DNA of 64,000 nucleotides, taken from the NCBI GenBank assembly GCA_049512935.1, contig JBEKWR010000001.1, positions 64,001 through 128,000 of the forward strand, given 5' to 3'. Numbering within the stretch: the first letter of the stretch is position 1; each line of letters begins with the position of its first letter. The DNA is from Candidatus Bathyarchaeia archaeon (GTDB lineage Archaea > Thermoproteota > Bathyarchaeia > Bathyarchaeales > Bathycorpusculaceae). The position numbers and the translations under genes were made by a program. The notes beneath the pieces were generated by a model that saw only the letters and a list, made by a program, of their open reading frames with translations, did no database searches and had not been told where the DNA came from. Positions 1 to 7,460 of the stretch are shown here, one piece after another.

Positions 1-84
1 TAACTGGCGTGCTTCGTTACAAAATAGTGTTTCCAGCAAGTTTAAGCATTACTGACCCCAAGGATATTGCTTGGAGCCGTTTGG

Positions 85-354
85 ATGGTTGAAGTTGTCT
101 CCGTTACAAAGAAGGGGCAAGTGACAATACCCAAAAGGTTGAGAGATAAGTACAGCATCAAAAACAAGGTAATCTTCGAAGAAAACGAATGCGGCCTTGT
201 CCTAAAACCAGTACCTACCCCCGCTGACTTAATGGGTTCATTCAAACCGTACGCCAATGGCAAGACAGCCCGCCAACTGCTAGATGAATCTCGAGAAGAA
301 GAATTCGCCAACGAAAAGGAACTGATGAAACGTGTCCGAAAGGCTAACATTTGA
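85..354 (+). CDS. AbrB/MazE/SpoVT-family antitoxin
   Basis: VTKKGQVTIPKRLRDKYSI swapped-hairpin signature; ATG at 85 preferred over TTG at 67; overlaps the start of a PIN gene. Confidence 0.9.
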   Translation: MVEVVSVTKKGQVTIPKRLRDKYSIKNKVIFEENECGLVLKPVPTPADLMGSFKPYANGKTARQLLDESREEEFANEKELMKRVRKANI

Positions 355-735
355 TTCTGAACCCATCTTAGCCTTCTTCCTTGGCGAACCTGGCTCTGAA
401 CCCGTTGCAAACTGCCTGTCTAAAATTCAAAACAAAGAAGCACAAGGCTTCATCAAGTAATCAACCTAGCCGAAGTCTACTACAGCCTTTACCGCTTGAA
501 TCCCGTGCTGGCAGATGAAAACTGCCGCGCACTAAGCAGCCTCGGCTTAACCGTTCTCCCAGTTGAAAACGATGACTTATGGCGTAATGCAGCAAAAATC
601 AAAGCCCAGCACCCCATGTCGCTTGCAGACGCCTTCGCAGTAACAACCGCCCAAGCCTACAAAACCAAACTAGTTGTCGGCAGCGACAGAGAATTTAGGG
701 GAGCAAACAAAAACCTGCTACGAATACGAAAATGA
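332..735 (+). pseudogene. vapC: VapC/PIN-domain toxin, frameshifted (1-nt deletion near 455-457)
   Basis: GTG 332 gives MSERLTFDSEPILAFFLGEPG...GFIK* (TAA 458-460); the shifted frame from 457 continues VINLAEVYYSL...MSLADAFAVTTA...GSDREF, together a complete PIN domain. Confidence 0.8.
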
Positions 736-772
736 AATCATACGCAGATACGATAAAAACAAATTTCTAAAT

Positions 773-805
773 CTGTATGACAAGTCTTCCTGTATGGCAA
801 GTCTT
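773..805 (+). promoter_or_regulatory. Tandem 16-bp direct repeat next to a TATA-like element upstream of ORF 854
   Basis: CTGTATGACAAGTCTT (773-788) and CTGTATGGCAAGTCTT (790-805), then TTAAAT. Confidence 0.5.
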
Positions 806-853
806 AAATTCGAAACGAACTAAATGTAAAGGCTTGAGAGTGGCTCAAAAAAC

Positions 854-1441
854 ATGAGCGCCACAACAAAAGCTAAAATTAACTTGAAAGATGGCATTAT
901 TGAACTTGAAGGCAGTGAAAACTTCGTAACAAAACAACTTGATAATTTTGCGCAGAAAATTGGAAATTTGACTTCCCCTTTTCCTCAACCGCCCAAACCT
1001 GACACCGATGAAACAGGAAATGACGCTTCGCAGGGGGCAGCCGTAGATGAAAAGAGAAGAAGAAAGAAAAATGCAACTCCACGAATTGTTCCGCCGCTCC
1101 CGTTGGACCTTAAAAAAACAAACGAAAGACCCTCCTTAAAGGAATTCTATGACCAAAAGAAACCCAAAACGGACATGGAAAGAGCGACGGTTTTTGCCTA
1201 TTATCTTAAAAGATACTTAAACATTAAAAAAATTGAACCTGGACACGTTGTTTCTTGCTGTAAAGACGTTTCTGCGAAAGTCCCCAGTGACATTGGCATG
1301 ACATTTTACAATGCTCAAAATCTCTACGCATGGTTACAATTAGATGAAACAGGTAAAGCTGAGATTTCAATTCAAGGGGAAAACATGGTAGAATCTCTGC
1401 CGAGAAAGAAAGATGTTAGCAAAGATAAGACAACAGCTTGA
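854..1441 (+). CDS. Hypothetical protein: small N-terminal domain, low-complexity linker, probable C-terminal winged helix
   Basis: 195-aa ORF; KINLKDGIIELEGSENFV N-terminus; SLKEFY..KKPKT..ERATVFAYYL...ISIQGENMV wHTH-like pattern; overlaps next gene by 29 nt. Confidence 0.6.
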   Translation: MSATTKAKINLKDGIIELEGSENFVTKQLDNFAQKIGNLTSPFPQPPKPDTDETGNDASQGAAVDEKRRRKKNATPRIVPPLPLDLKKTNERPSLKEFYDQKKPKTDMERATVFAYYLKRYLNIKKIEPGHVVSCCKDVSAKVPSDIGMTFYNAQNLYAWLQLDETGKAEISIQGENMVESLPRKKDVSKDKTTA

Positions 1442-2204
1442 GCAGACCTTTAGTCAAGAATTGCTTGATAAACTATTAGATGAATACCAATTAGTTAATG
1501 AGAATTATTATCTCGGCCATTACAGACCATGTAGTCTTAATGCTGGACGCTTTGCAGAAGTGGCATTGAGAATGCTTCAACAATTAACAACCGGAGCATT
1601 TACACCTCTTGGAGAGCAAATAACAAAATTCAGCAATGAAGTTTTGACTTTGGAAAAAGCTGACTCAAACAGTTTTCCTCAATCTCTTCGAATACAAATT
1701 CCTCGAACGCTTCAAATCATGTACGACATTCGAAACAAAAGAGATATTGGTCATGTCGGAGGGGACGTAAATGCAAATTATACCGATGCAACACTCTCCT
1801 TAACCTGCTGCAATTGGGTTATGACTGAATTTATTAGGATTTATTTTACTACGAACATCGACACCGCTCAAAAAATGGTTAATTCTATCATTAAAGTAAG
1901 AATACCTCTTATCCAAGATTTCAATGGTTTTTTAAAAGTTTTAGACCCCAAGCTGAGTGTTCCTGACAAGATAATGGCTCTTCTCTACTATCGCGATAAT
2001 GAAGGCGCGTCTGTCGACGAGCTAGACAATTGGTTTAAAGAACAAACTTCACTTAACTACATCAAAACGGCACTTGGCAGACTGGAACATGATAGAGCTT
2101 TCATTCACATAGACGAGATTTCGGAGAATTGGGTTCAAAATATATGTTTAATCACTGAAACTGGAAAAAGATACGTTGAACAAAACATTGAACTATCCAT
2201 CTAA
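1413..2204 (+). CDS. Putative HEPN-like RNase with C-terminal winged helix (defence/toxin candidate)
   Basis: Helical N-terminal domain with an R-x(4-6)-H-type motif YDIRNKRDIGH; C-terminal ...LITETGKRYVE wHTH-like end. Confidence 0.55.
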   Translation: MLAKIRQQLEQTFSQELLDKLLDEYQLVNENYYLGHYRPCSLNAGRFAEVALRMLQQLTTGAFTPLGEQITKFSNEVLTLEKADSNSFPQSLRIQIPRTLQIMYDIRNKRDIGHVGGDVNANYTDATLSLTCCNWVMTEFIRIYFTTNIDTAQKMVNSIIKVRIPLIQDFNGFLKVLDPKLSVPDKIMALLYYRDNEGASVDELDNWFKEQTSLNYIKTALGRLEHDRAFIHIDEISENWVQNICLITETGKRYVEQNIELSI

Positions 2205-2251
2205 CCCTCTTAGTTCATTCGTAGGATAAGCTGTTAACGTGAAGATAAGTT

Positions 2252-2638
2252 CTATTTTCGGGTCGAGGTCTTATGCGGACGTATTTCTTGTAGCCTATCA
2301 TACAGAGATTTCGCTGAGCTTTTCTTTGCGCGCCGAGGATACGGTCCTGAGTCGCTTCTTGCCCAGATTATTTTGTTCTCAATAATCCAATAGTGTGATT
2401 GACAGGCAAGGCTAAAATTTCCGATTGATGGCTTCAATGTTACCGTTTCTCCATTCCACGTTAGAAACCAGTCCTTAGGCTTGATGGGTGTTACCACAAT
2501 TTCTCCACACCCACAGGGACACTTATGGACCGCAGTCGCGTAAGGTATTGAGATATAGAGAACTCCATCCGCCACATCTTCAGGAATGTAACGAACAAAC
2601 TTAGGTTTAATCGTCGTTATTTTCATCAGGTATTTCAT
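2252..2638 (-). CDS. DUF6527-like protein (putative peptidase of the Ubl operon)
   Basis: GVLYIS..Y.TAVHKCPCGCG..VVTP, W.LTWNG..VTLKPSIGN, CQSHYWI motifs. Confidence 0.75.
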   Translation of the reverse strand: MKYLMKITTIKPKFVRYIPEDVADGVLYISIPYATAVHKCPCGCGEIVVTPIKPKDWFLTWNGETVTLKPSIGNFSLACQSHYWIIENKIIWARSDSGPYPRRAKKSSAKSLYDRLQEIRPHKTSTRK

Positions 2639-3800
2639 CGTTTGTTAGTGCGTTTGTAGAGATGCCATAGGTAATATTATTTTCGTGCCCAAAGTCAACG
2701 TAAAATCCCCTTATTTTCTTCCACTTTATTACTGCAAGGGCAGCATTTAGCGCATTCATATCCGCAATTTGAATATTCTGTGAATAGTCATCTTCGTTAT
2801 CCTCTCCGAAATTTATTCTTCTTGCAACATGTTCTTGAAAAGCTGGTGAAACGAAAGTTACTCGGGAATTTCCGCTCAAAGACCCATTCTGCACATACAT
2901 TCCAATCCCTACATCAACGAATGGGATTTTGTTTCCAATAAGATATTCAACAATGGCTTTTTTATGCGTGCCTTCGATGCAAAGAAAAACAAACTCCATT
3001 TGCTTTAATTCACTAACATTATCTTCATTAATGAACTGAGAATGCGGAAATATGTTCTTTCGCATACGCGAATAAATCTCACTAAACCATTGAACTTTTT
3101 TTTGCTTTTTTAATAAATCATCTTTCGACGGAGCGCCAGGAGAGCGAAAAGCATTGTGTTGAAAAAAATCATCTCCATCAAATAGGTGAATCTCTGTAAT
3201 TGGTGTCTTAGCAACCAGATCCAAAACATATGCTCCAGTGCCACCCAAGCCTACGATAGCAATCTTGCCGTTCTTAAGTTTGTCATTTACAGCTGAAATT
3301 CCAGCACGACTGGTTGCAGTATCTAGGTAACAAAAGACGGACTCTTGGTCATCAGAGTCGGTAACGTGAAAGGTTTGCGCAGTAGCGTTCGGGTCAAGGG
3401 CTCGTGCTTGTCCTTCGAGTATTTTTATGTAAGTTCTCATTTTTTCACAATAATCTGCATAACCTTGTGGACCTGGTTTCTGGGAGAAGGAAAAATTCGC
3501 AATAATTCCTGCTCTTATCTGCAGATTCTTGTTTTTTTCGTTAATGAGGTTCTCCATTTGCGAACCATTCGAGTCACACGGGTAGTCTCCTACCCAAAAT
3601 ACAACATGATTCTGTGGTTTTATTGTCTTATCACCAGAAAGGTCAAGGGCTGAGACCAATATTCCATGGACTACCTTCTTGTCAGCATTTACGTATGGAA
3701 CATTACCAATTAAGAGATAAGCCCCTTCCACACTTACCTCGTAACCATCGTCACGAAGTCGCTTAAGGTCCGGATTAAGACTTATCAGTCCGGGTGACAT
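2607..3800 (-). CDS. E2-like (DUF6791-like) + ThiF/E1 adenylyltransferase fusion
   Basis: C-terminal half KIAIVGLGGTGAYVLDLVAKT, LFDGDDFFQHNAFRSPG, PFVDVG; N-terminal LIGNVPYVN...NHVVFW...FSQKP domain. Confidence 0.85.
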   Translation of the reverse strand: MSPGLISLNPDLKRLRDDGYEVSVEGAYLLIGNVPYVNADKKVVHGILVSALDLSGDKTIKPQNHVVFWVGDYPCDSNGSQMENLINEKNKNLQIRAGIIANFSFSQKPGPQGYADYCEKMRTYIKILEGQARALDPNATAQTFHVTDSDDQESVFCYLDTATSRAGISAVNDKLKNGKIAIVGLGGTGAYVLDLVAKTPITEIHLFDGDDFFQHNAFRSPGAPSKDDLLKKQKKVQWFSEIYSRMRKNIFPHSQFINEDNVSELKQMEFVFLCIEGTHKKAIVEYLIGNKIPFVDVGIGMYVQNGSLSGNSRVTFVSPAFQEHVARRINFGEDNEDDYSQNIQIADMNALNAALAVIKWKKIRGFYVDFGHENNITYGISTNALTNDEIPDENNDD

Positions 3801-4053
3801 CGAAAACCATGCCGCCCTTTACAAACACGCTCTGCCCTTGGACAAGAGTCCCTTGGCGGTTCTCCTTTGGTCCGCGACTATACTGAACCGTAAAAATTTC
3901 AGTAGGCTTGTGAGGAGAAGCGAATGCCAAATCGACTGCTTGCGAATAGCTAATTTTATCCTCATCCCACGGTTTAAGCGTAGCATTAACGATAATTTCA
4001 TATTTTTTGTGATCCGCAGACGTTTTAATTTCCCCTCGGAACAATTGACTCAA
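3775..4053 (-). CDS. Ubiquitin-like (multi-ubiquitin-family beta-grasp) protein
   Basis: YEIIVNA...ISYSQAVDLAF...FTVQYSRGP...GTLVQGQSV.VKGGMVFDVTRTDKS; overlaps the E2-E1 start. Confidence 0.8.
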   Translation of the reverse strand: MSQLFRGEIKTSADHKKYEIIVNATLKPWDEDKISYSQAVDLAFASPHKPTEIFTVQYSRGPKENRQGTLVQGQSVFVKGGMVFDVTRTDKS

Positions 4054-4204
4054 TTGGTTGGTTGGCAGAAATAAACTTTTGCTTGCTACTCAAAGTTTTT
4101 ATTAGCAAAAGTATAACAAAATAGCAAGATTATTGCCAGCAATCTCAACTTTTTTGGTTTGACGCAATTTACTAATTATTTTCATTTTTTGACCACTTAG
4201 TTTA

Positions 4205-4246
4205 GAAAAGTTAGCGTAGGTGGACATTAAGCCTTCACTTACGCAA
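4205..4246 (+). repeat. Imperfect copy of the ino1 upstream region (partner at 5487-5533)
   Basis: Exact 18-mer ACATTAAGCCTTCACTTA at 4224-4241 and 5509-5526; similar AAAAGTT..AGCGTAGG flanks. Confidence 0.8.
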
Positions 4247-4355
4247 ACGTTTGACTGGTTACGGTTTTAGCGGGCTCCCCCTTTGAAGCCGTAAGCATTG
4301 ATAAATCTTATATACGGTTTAGAGCGCAATCTAGGAAAAGCTGAGTGCCCATTCA

Positions 4356-4790
4356 TTGGTTGTACGTAAGATATGTGAGGGCGATTGTTGCCAAGAGTTT
4401 ACAACTGGTGAAGCCAAGTTTGATCTAGATGAACATGGAAATCTGATACCGCTTTCGTTTTATCTAGATCGGGACCGTTCAGGGCAATATCAGTCATTCG
4501 TTTACGAGGAAAATGGTGAAGTTATCGGCGTTTTGTGTGTAGAAATAACGGAAAATTTGCTTTATCTAAGCCGAATTGGCATCAAAAACACGTATAGGAA
4601 TCAGCATAAGGGATATTATTTGCATAAGTATATGATGGATTTAGTGCAAGAAAAAAGAATTAAGGCAATATCAGCAATGGCACATTATGGTGTTTTCGGC
4701 TGGTTTGAAGACCTTGGATACCGCAAAGTCCACGAATACAACGACCCATTATGGGGAAAATCGGCGCTTATGCTTTTGCTTATTGGCTAA
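4356..4790 (+). CDS. GNAT-family acetyltransferase
   Basis: ENGEVIGVL, YLSRIGIKNTYRNQHKG (motif A), WFEDLGY (motif B). Confidence 0.75.
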   Translation: MVVRKICEGDCCQEFTTGEAKFDLDEHGNLIPLSFYLDRDRSGQYQSFVYEENGEVIGVLCVEITENLLYLSRIGIKNTYRNQHKGYYLHKYMMDLVQEKRIKAISAMAHYGVFGWFEDLGYRKVHEYNDPLWGKSALMLLLIG

Positions 4791-5089
4791 GTATCTGTTA
4801 TCGGTTTTGAGGTAACTAGTTCACCCATTTTATCTGACCAGCAATCTTTGCAAATTACGCCATACTTAGGTGTATCTATCTTTATGTCTTCAGCTTTAAA
4901 CGAGGAGTGGCATAGTTCGCATACTGTTGCGCTCCTAATCTGGTAATTGTTGATTGCTTTTACAATTTCTGGATTCTCACGCAAGCAAGTCTCTATTAAC
5001 CTACTTTTTGAAACTGTCTTGTCAGTCGATAGCTTACTGAGCGCTTGATCAAGTTCCTTTGAGATGGATATGGCTATTTTATTGACCAA
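4787..5089 (-). CDS. Ribbon-helix-helix (CopG-like) regulator with C-terminal CxxC...CxxC Zn finger
   Basis: KIAISISKELDQALSKL...SKSRLIETCL; CELC and CKDC. Confidence 0.7.
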   Translation of the reverse strand: MVNKIAISISKELDQALSKLSTDKTVSKSRLIETCLRENPEIVKAINNYQIRSATVCELCHSSFKAEDIKIDTPKYGVICKDCWSDKMGELVTSKPITDT

Positions 5090-5105
5090 TTTCTTACCTC
5101 CGTCA

Positions 5106-5126
5106 TACCATAGTATTACTATGGTA
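5106..5126. promoter_or_regulatory. 21-bp palindrome, likely operator of the RHH gene
   Basis: TACCATAGTA-T-TACTATGGTA between a minus-strand TATA-like box (~5140-5147) and the start at 5089. Confidence 0.6.
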
Positions 5127-5222
5127 ATAACTATTCCCTTATTTAAGTTTGTGTATAGCTAATGCTACAACAGACTTTCCGATGTTGCTAAATCTAGAGA
5201 TAATTAGGATTTTAACTACGAC

Positions 5223-5372
5223 ATGACAACCTTCAAGGCTTTTTCCAGCGGAAGAACGGCGAGGCAACTCTTAGAAGAGGCGCGAAAAGAGGAATTCGTC
5301 CAAGATAAGAAACTGGAAGAGCTTGCCAAAAAGTATCTCAAGAGGCAGCAATCACACCATTTGCACGGTTAA
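5223..5372 (+). pseudogene. C-terminal remnant of a second AbrB-type antitoxin
   Basis: MTTFKAFSSGRTARQLLEEARKEEFVQDKKL aligns with MGSFKPYANGKTARQLLDESREEEFANEKEL of 85..354; in-frame TAG at 5205; no DNA-binding domain. Confidence 0.7.
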
Positions 5373-5558
5373 CCTCCAAATGTAGGCTGCGAGTGTATTG
5401 ACTTTCTCTATCTACTTTCTGTATTGACACCCGCCCCCTATCGGGGGTTGTTGCATGCGCACACTCAATTCGAGGTTTGGGGTTGGGAAAAAGTTATAGC
5501 GTAGGCGAACATTAAGCCTTCACTTAACGTAAATAGGACTTGGGATGGTTATCTTTCG

Positions 5559-6644
5559 ATGCCTGAAATTCGTGTAGCTCTTGTCGGCGTTGGCAACAGC
5601 GCTTGCGCCCTGGTTCAGGGAACCCAGTATTATAAGGATGCTAAAGAAGACACCACCGTGCCCGGCTTAATGCACGTGAACTACGGCGGCTACCACATCC
5701 GCGACATTCATTTCGTTGCCGCGTTTGAAGTTAACAAAAACAAGATCGGCAAAGACCTCTCAGAAGCCATCTGGGTTAAACCGAACTGCTGCGAAAAATT
5801 CAGCGACGTCCCCAACCTCGGCGTAAAGGTTTCGCCGGGAATCATTCTTGACGGCGCAGCACCCCACATGCGGGAAACCTTCAACGTTTACGACGACGCA
5901 AAAACCACCAAGGAAAGCATCGTCAAAACCCTTAAAGACGCCAAAACCCAAGTCCTCGTCAATTATCTTCCAGTCGGAAGCCACGACGCAGTCCGATTTT
6001 ACGCCCAATGCGCCATCGACGCGGGATGCGCCCTTGTTAACTGTATGCCTGAATTCATCGGGTCAGACAAGTCGGGGGAGTGGCCGAAGAAGTTTGAGGC
6101 GGCGGGGTTGCCCGTTTTGGGTGATGACATCAAAAGCCAGGTGGGCGCGACCATTCTGCATCGGACGCTTGTGCGGCTTTGCCTTGACCGCGGCGCCATT
6201 GTGGATGAAACTTACCAGCTGAACCTTGGCGGCGACACGGACTTCCAGAACATGACCGTCGAAAACCGCCTCACAAGCAAGCGCATCAGCAAAACCGAAG
6301 CCGTCACCAGCCTCGTCCCCTACAACCTGCCGACCCGCATTGGGCCCAGCGATTATGTACCTTTCCTCAAAAACAAGAAAATATGTTATCTGTCAATCAA
6401 GACCCGAGCGTTCGGCGACCGACCCATCAACATCAGCGCCAAACTCGAAGTGGAAGACTCTCCGAACAGCGCAGGCGTCGTCATCGACCTGATCCGCGCC
6501 GCAAAAATCGCGCTGGACCGCAAAATCTCAGGAACCCTCATCAGCATGCCTTCTTACGCGTTTAAGCATCCGCCGGTGCAGGTGCCTGATTCGCAGGCGC
6601 GGCAGTGGACGGAAGACTGGATAGCGGGCAAACGCGAAAGATAA
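5559..6644 (+). CDS. ino1: myo-inositol-1-phosphate synthase
   Basis: VGVGNSA, VNYLPVGS, GDDIKSQVGAT, QLNLGGDTDF, EDSPNSAG. Confidence 0.95.
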   Translation: MPEIRVALVGVGNSACALVQGTQYYKDAKEDTTVPGLMHVNYGGYHIRDIHFVAAFEVNKNKIGKDLSEAIWVKPNCCEKFSDVPNLGVKVSPGIILDGAAPHMRETFNVYDDAKTTKESIVKTLKDAKTQVLVNYLPVGSHDAVRFYAQCAIDAGCALVNCMPEFIGSDKSGEWPKKFEAAGLPVLGDDIKSQVGATILHRTLVRLCLDRGAIVDETYQLNLGGDTDFQNMTVENRLTSKRISKTEAVTSLVPYNLPTRIGPSDYVPFLKNKKICYLSIKTRAFGDRPINISAKLEVEDSPNSAGVVIDLIRAAKIALDRKISGTLISMPSYAFKHPPVQVPDSQARQWTEDWIAGKRER

Positions 6645-6792
6645 ACCCGCTTTTTCCTTTTTGAGGCGCCAAATGAGAGCCGCCTTTTCTTGGTGCTGTA
6701 TGGCTAAGCGACTAGACTTTTGGAATATTCCAAAACTGCAAATAAAAAACCGCCCTTTCCACGCCACCTCCAGCTCAAACCCGCAAAAGAAT

Positions 6793-6897
6793 CCAAGCCC
6801 AAACCAAAAAAGCAACCCAAAACAAGCCCCGAGCAGAACACGCCTAAGGGGGGGAGGGGGCCTCATATTTACAATGGAATTCCATCACAAATATGGG
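6793..6897 (+). repeat. Dispersed intergenic repeat, copy 1 (module A + palindromic module B)
   Basis: CCAAGCCCAAACCAAAAAAGCAACCCAAAACAAGC, then AGGGGGCCTCATATTT...CCATCACAAATATGGG. Confidence 0.7.
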
Positions 6898-7029
6898 TTA
6901 AAGGCAAGCTTCCATCAACCAACGAAAACCCGGGGCAACCGCAAATTTTCGCCGCTTGAGCCCGCTGTGAAAGCTTTTATCTTTGAACCTTAAATTGGTT
7001 AACTGTCAAAAATCTGGAAGGTTCATGTC

Positions 7030-7446
7030 ATGGTAAAAGTTGAATCGTTCGAAGTGCCTGAAGGGCTATTTTTCTCCAAAGATTTTGAGTGGATAAAAAT
7101 CGAAGGCGACAAAGTCCGCATGGGCATAACAGACTACGCCCAGAAAGCGCTAAGAGAAATCGTCTACGCTGAACTGCCAGGCGTCGGCACCCAAGTCACG
7201 CAGGGCGAACCCTACGGAACATTAGAGTCCGTTAAAGCCGTGTCAGACCTGGTTGCCGCCGTAAGCGGAACAATCGAGGAAGTCAACGAAGAAGTCCAGT
7301 CGAAACCCGAAACCCTCAACGAAGACCCGTACGTGAAAGGCTGGCTGATCGTTGTTAAACCCTTTAACCTGCAGGCGGAACTTGCCAACCTAATGGACTT
7401 CGACAAAGCCGTCGAGTGGCACAGGTGCCAGGTTAAATCCAAATAG
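7030..7446 (+). CDS. gcvH: Glycine cleavage H-like lipoyl carrier
   Basis: MGITDYAQ, LESVKAVSDL (lipoyl-Lys), NEDPY.KGW. Confidence 0.92.
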   Translation: MVKVESFEVPEGLFFSKDFEWIKIEGDKVRMGITDYAQKALREIVYAELPGVGTQVTQGEPYGTLESVKAVSDLVAAVSGTIEEVNEEVQSKPETLNEDPYVKGWLIVVKPFNLQAELANLMDFDKAVEWHRCQVKSK

Positions 7447-7460
7447 AGAAGGCAAACGGG

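Noticed and set aside
2607-3800. ThiF/MoeB/UbaA for thiamine, Moco or SAMP chemistry, or CBASS Cap2
   Set aside because: No CxxC motifs, the partner Ubl lacks GG, no biosynthetic neighbours, and no CD-NTase or JAB gene in view.
4078-4145. TTGCTA/TAGCAA inverted motifs upstream of the Ubl operon
   Set aside because: Too short and irregular in AT-rich DNA to call an operator.
6661-6993. ORFs 6661..6993, 6720..6959 and 6528..6866
   Set aside because: They overlie the dispersed repeat and have low-complexity translations with no motifs.
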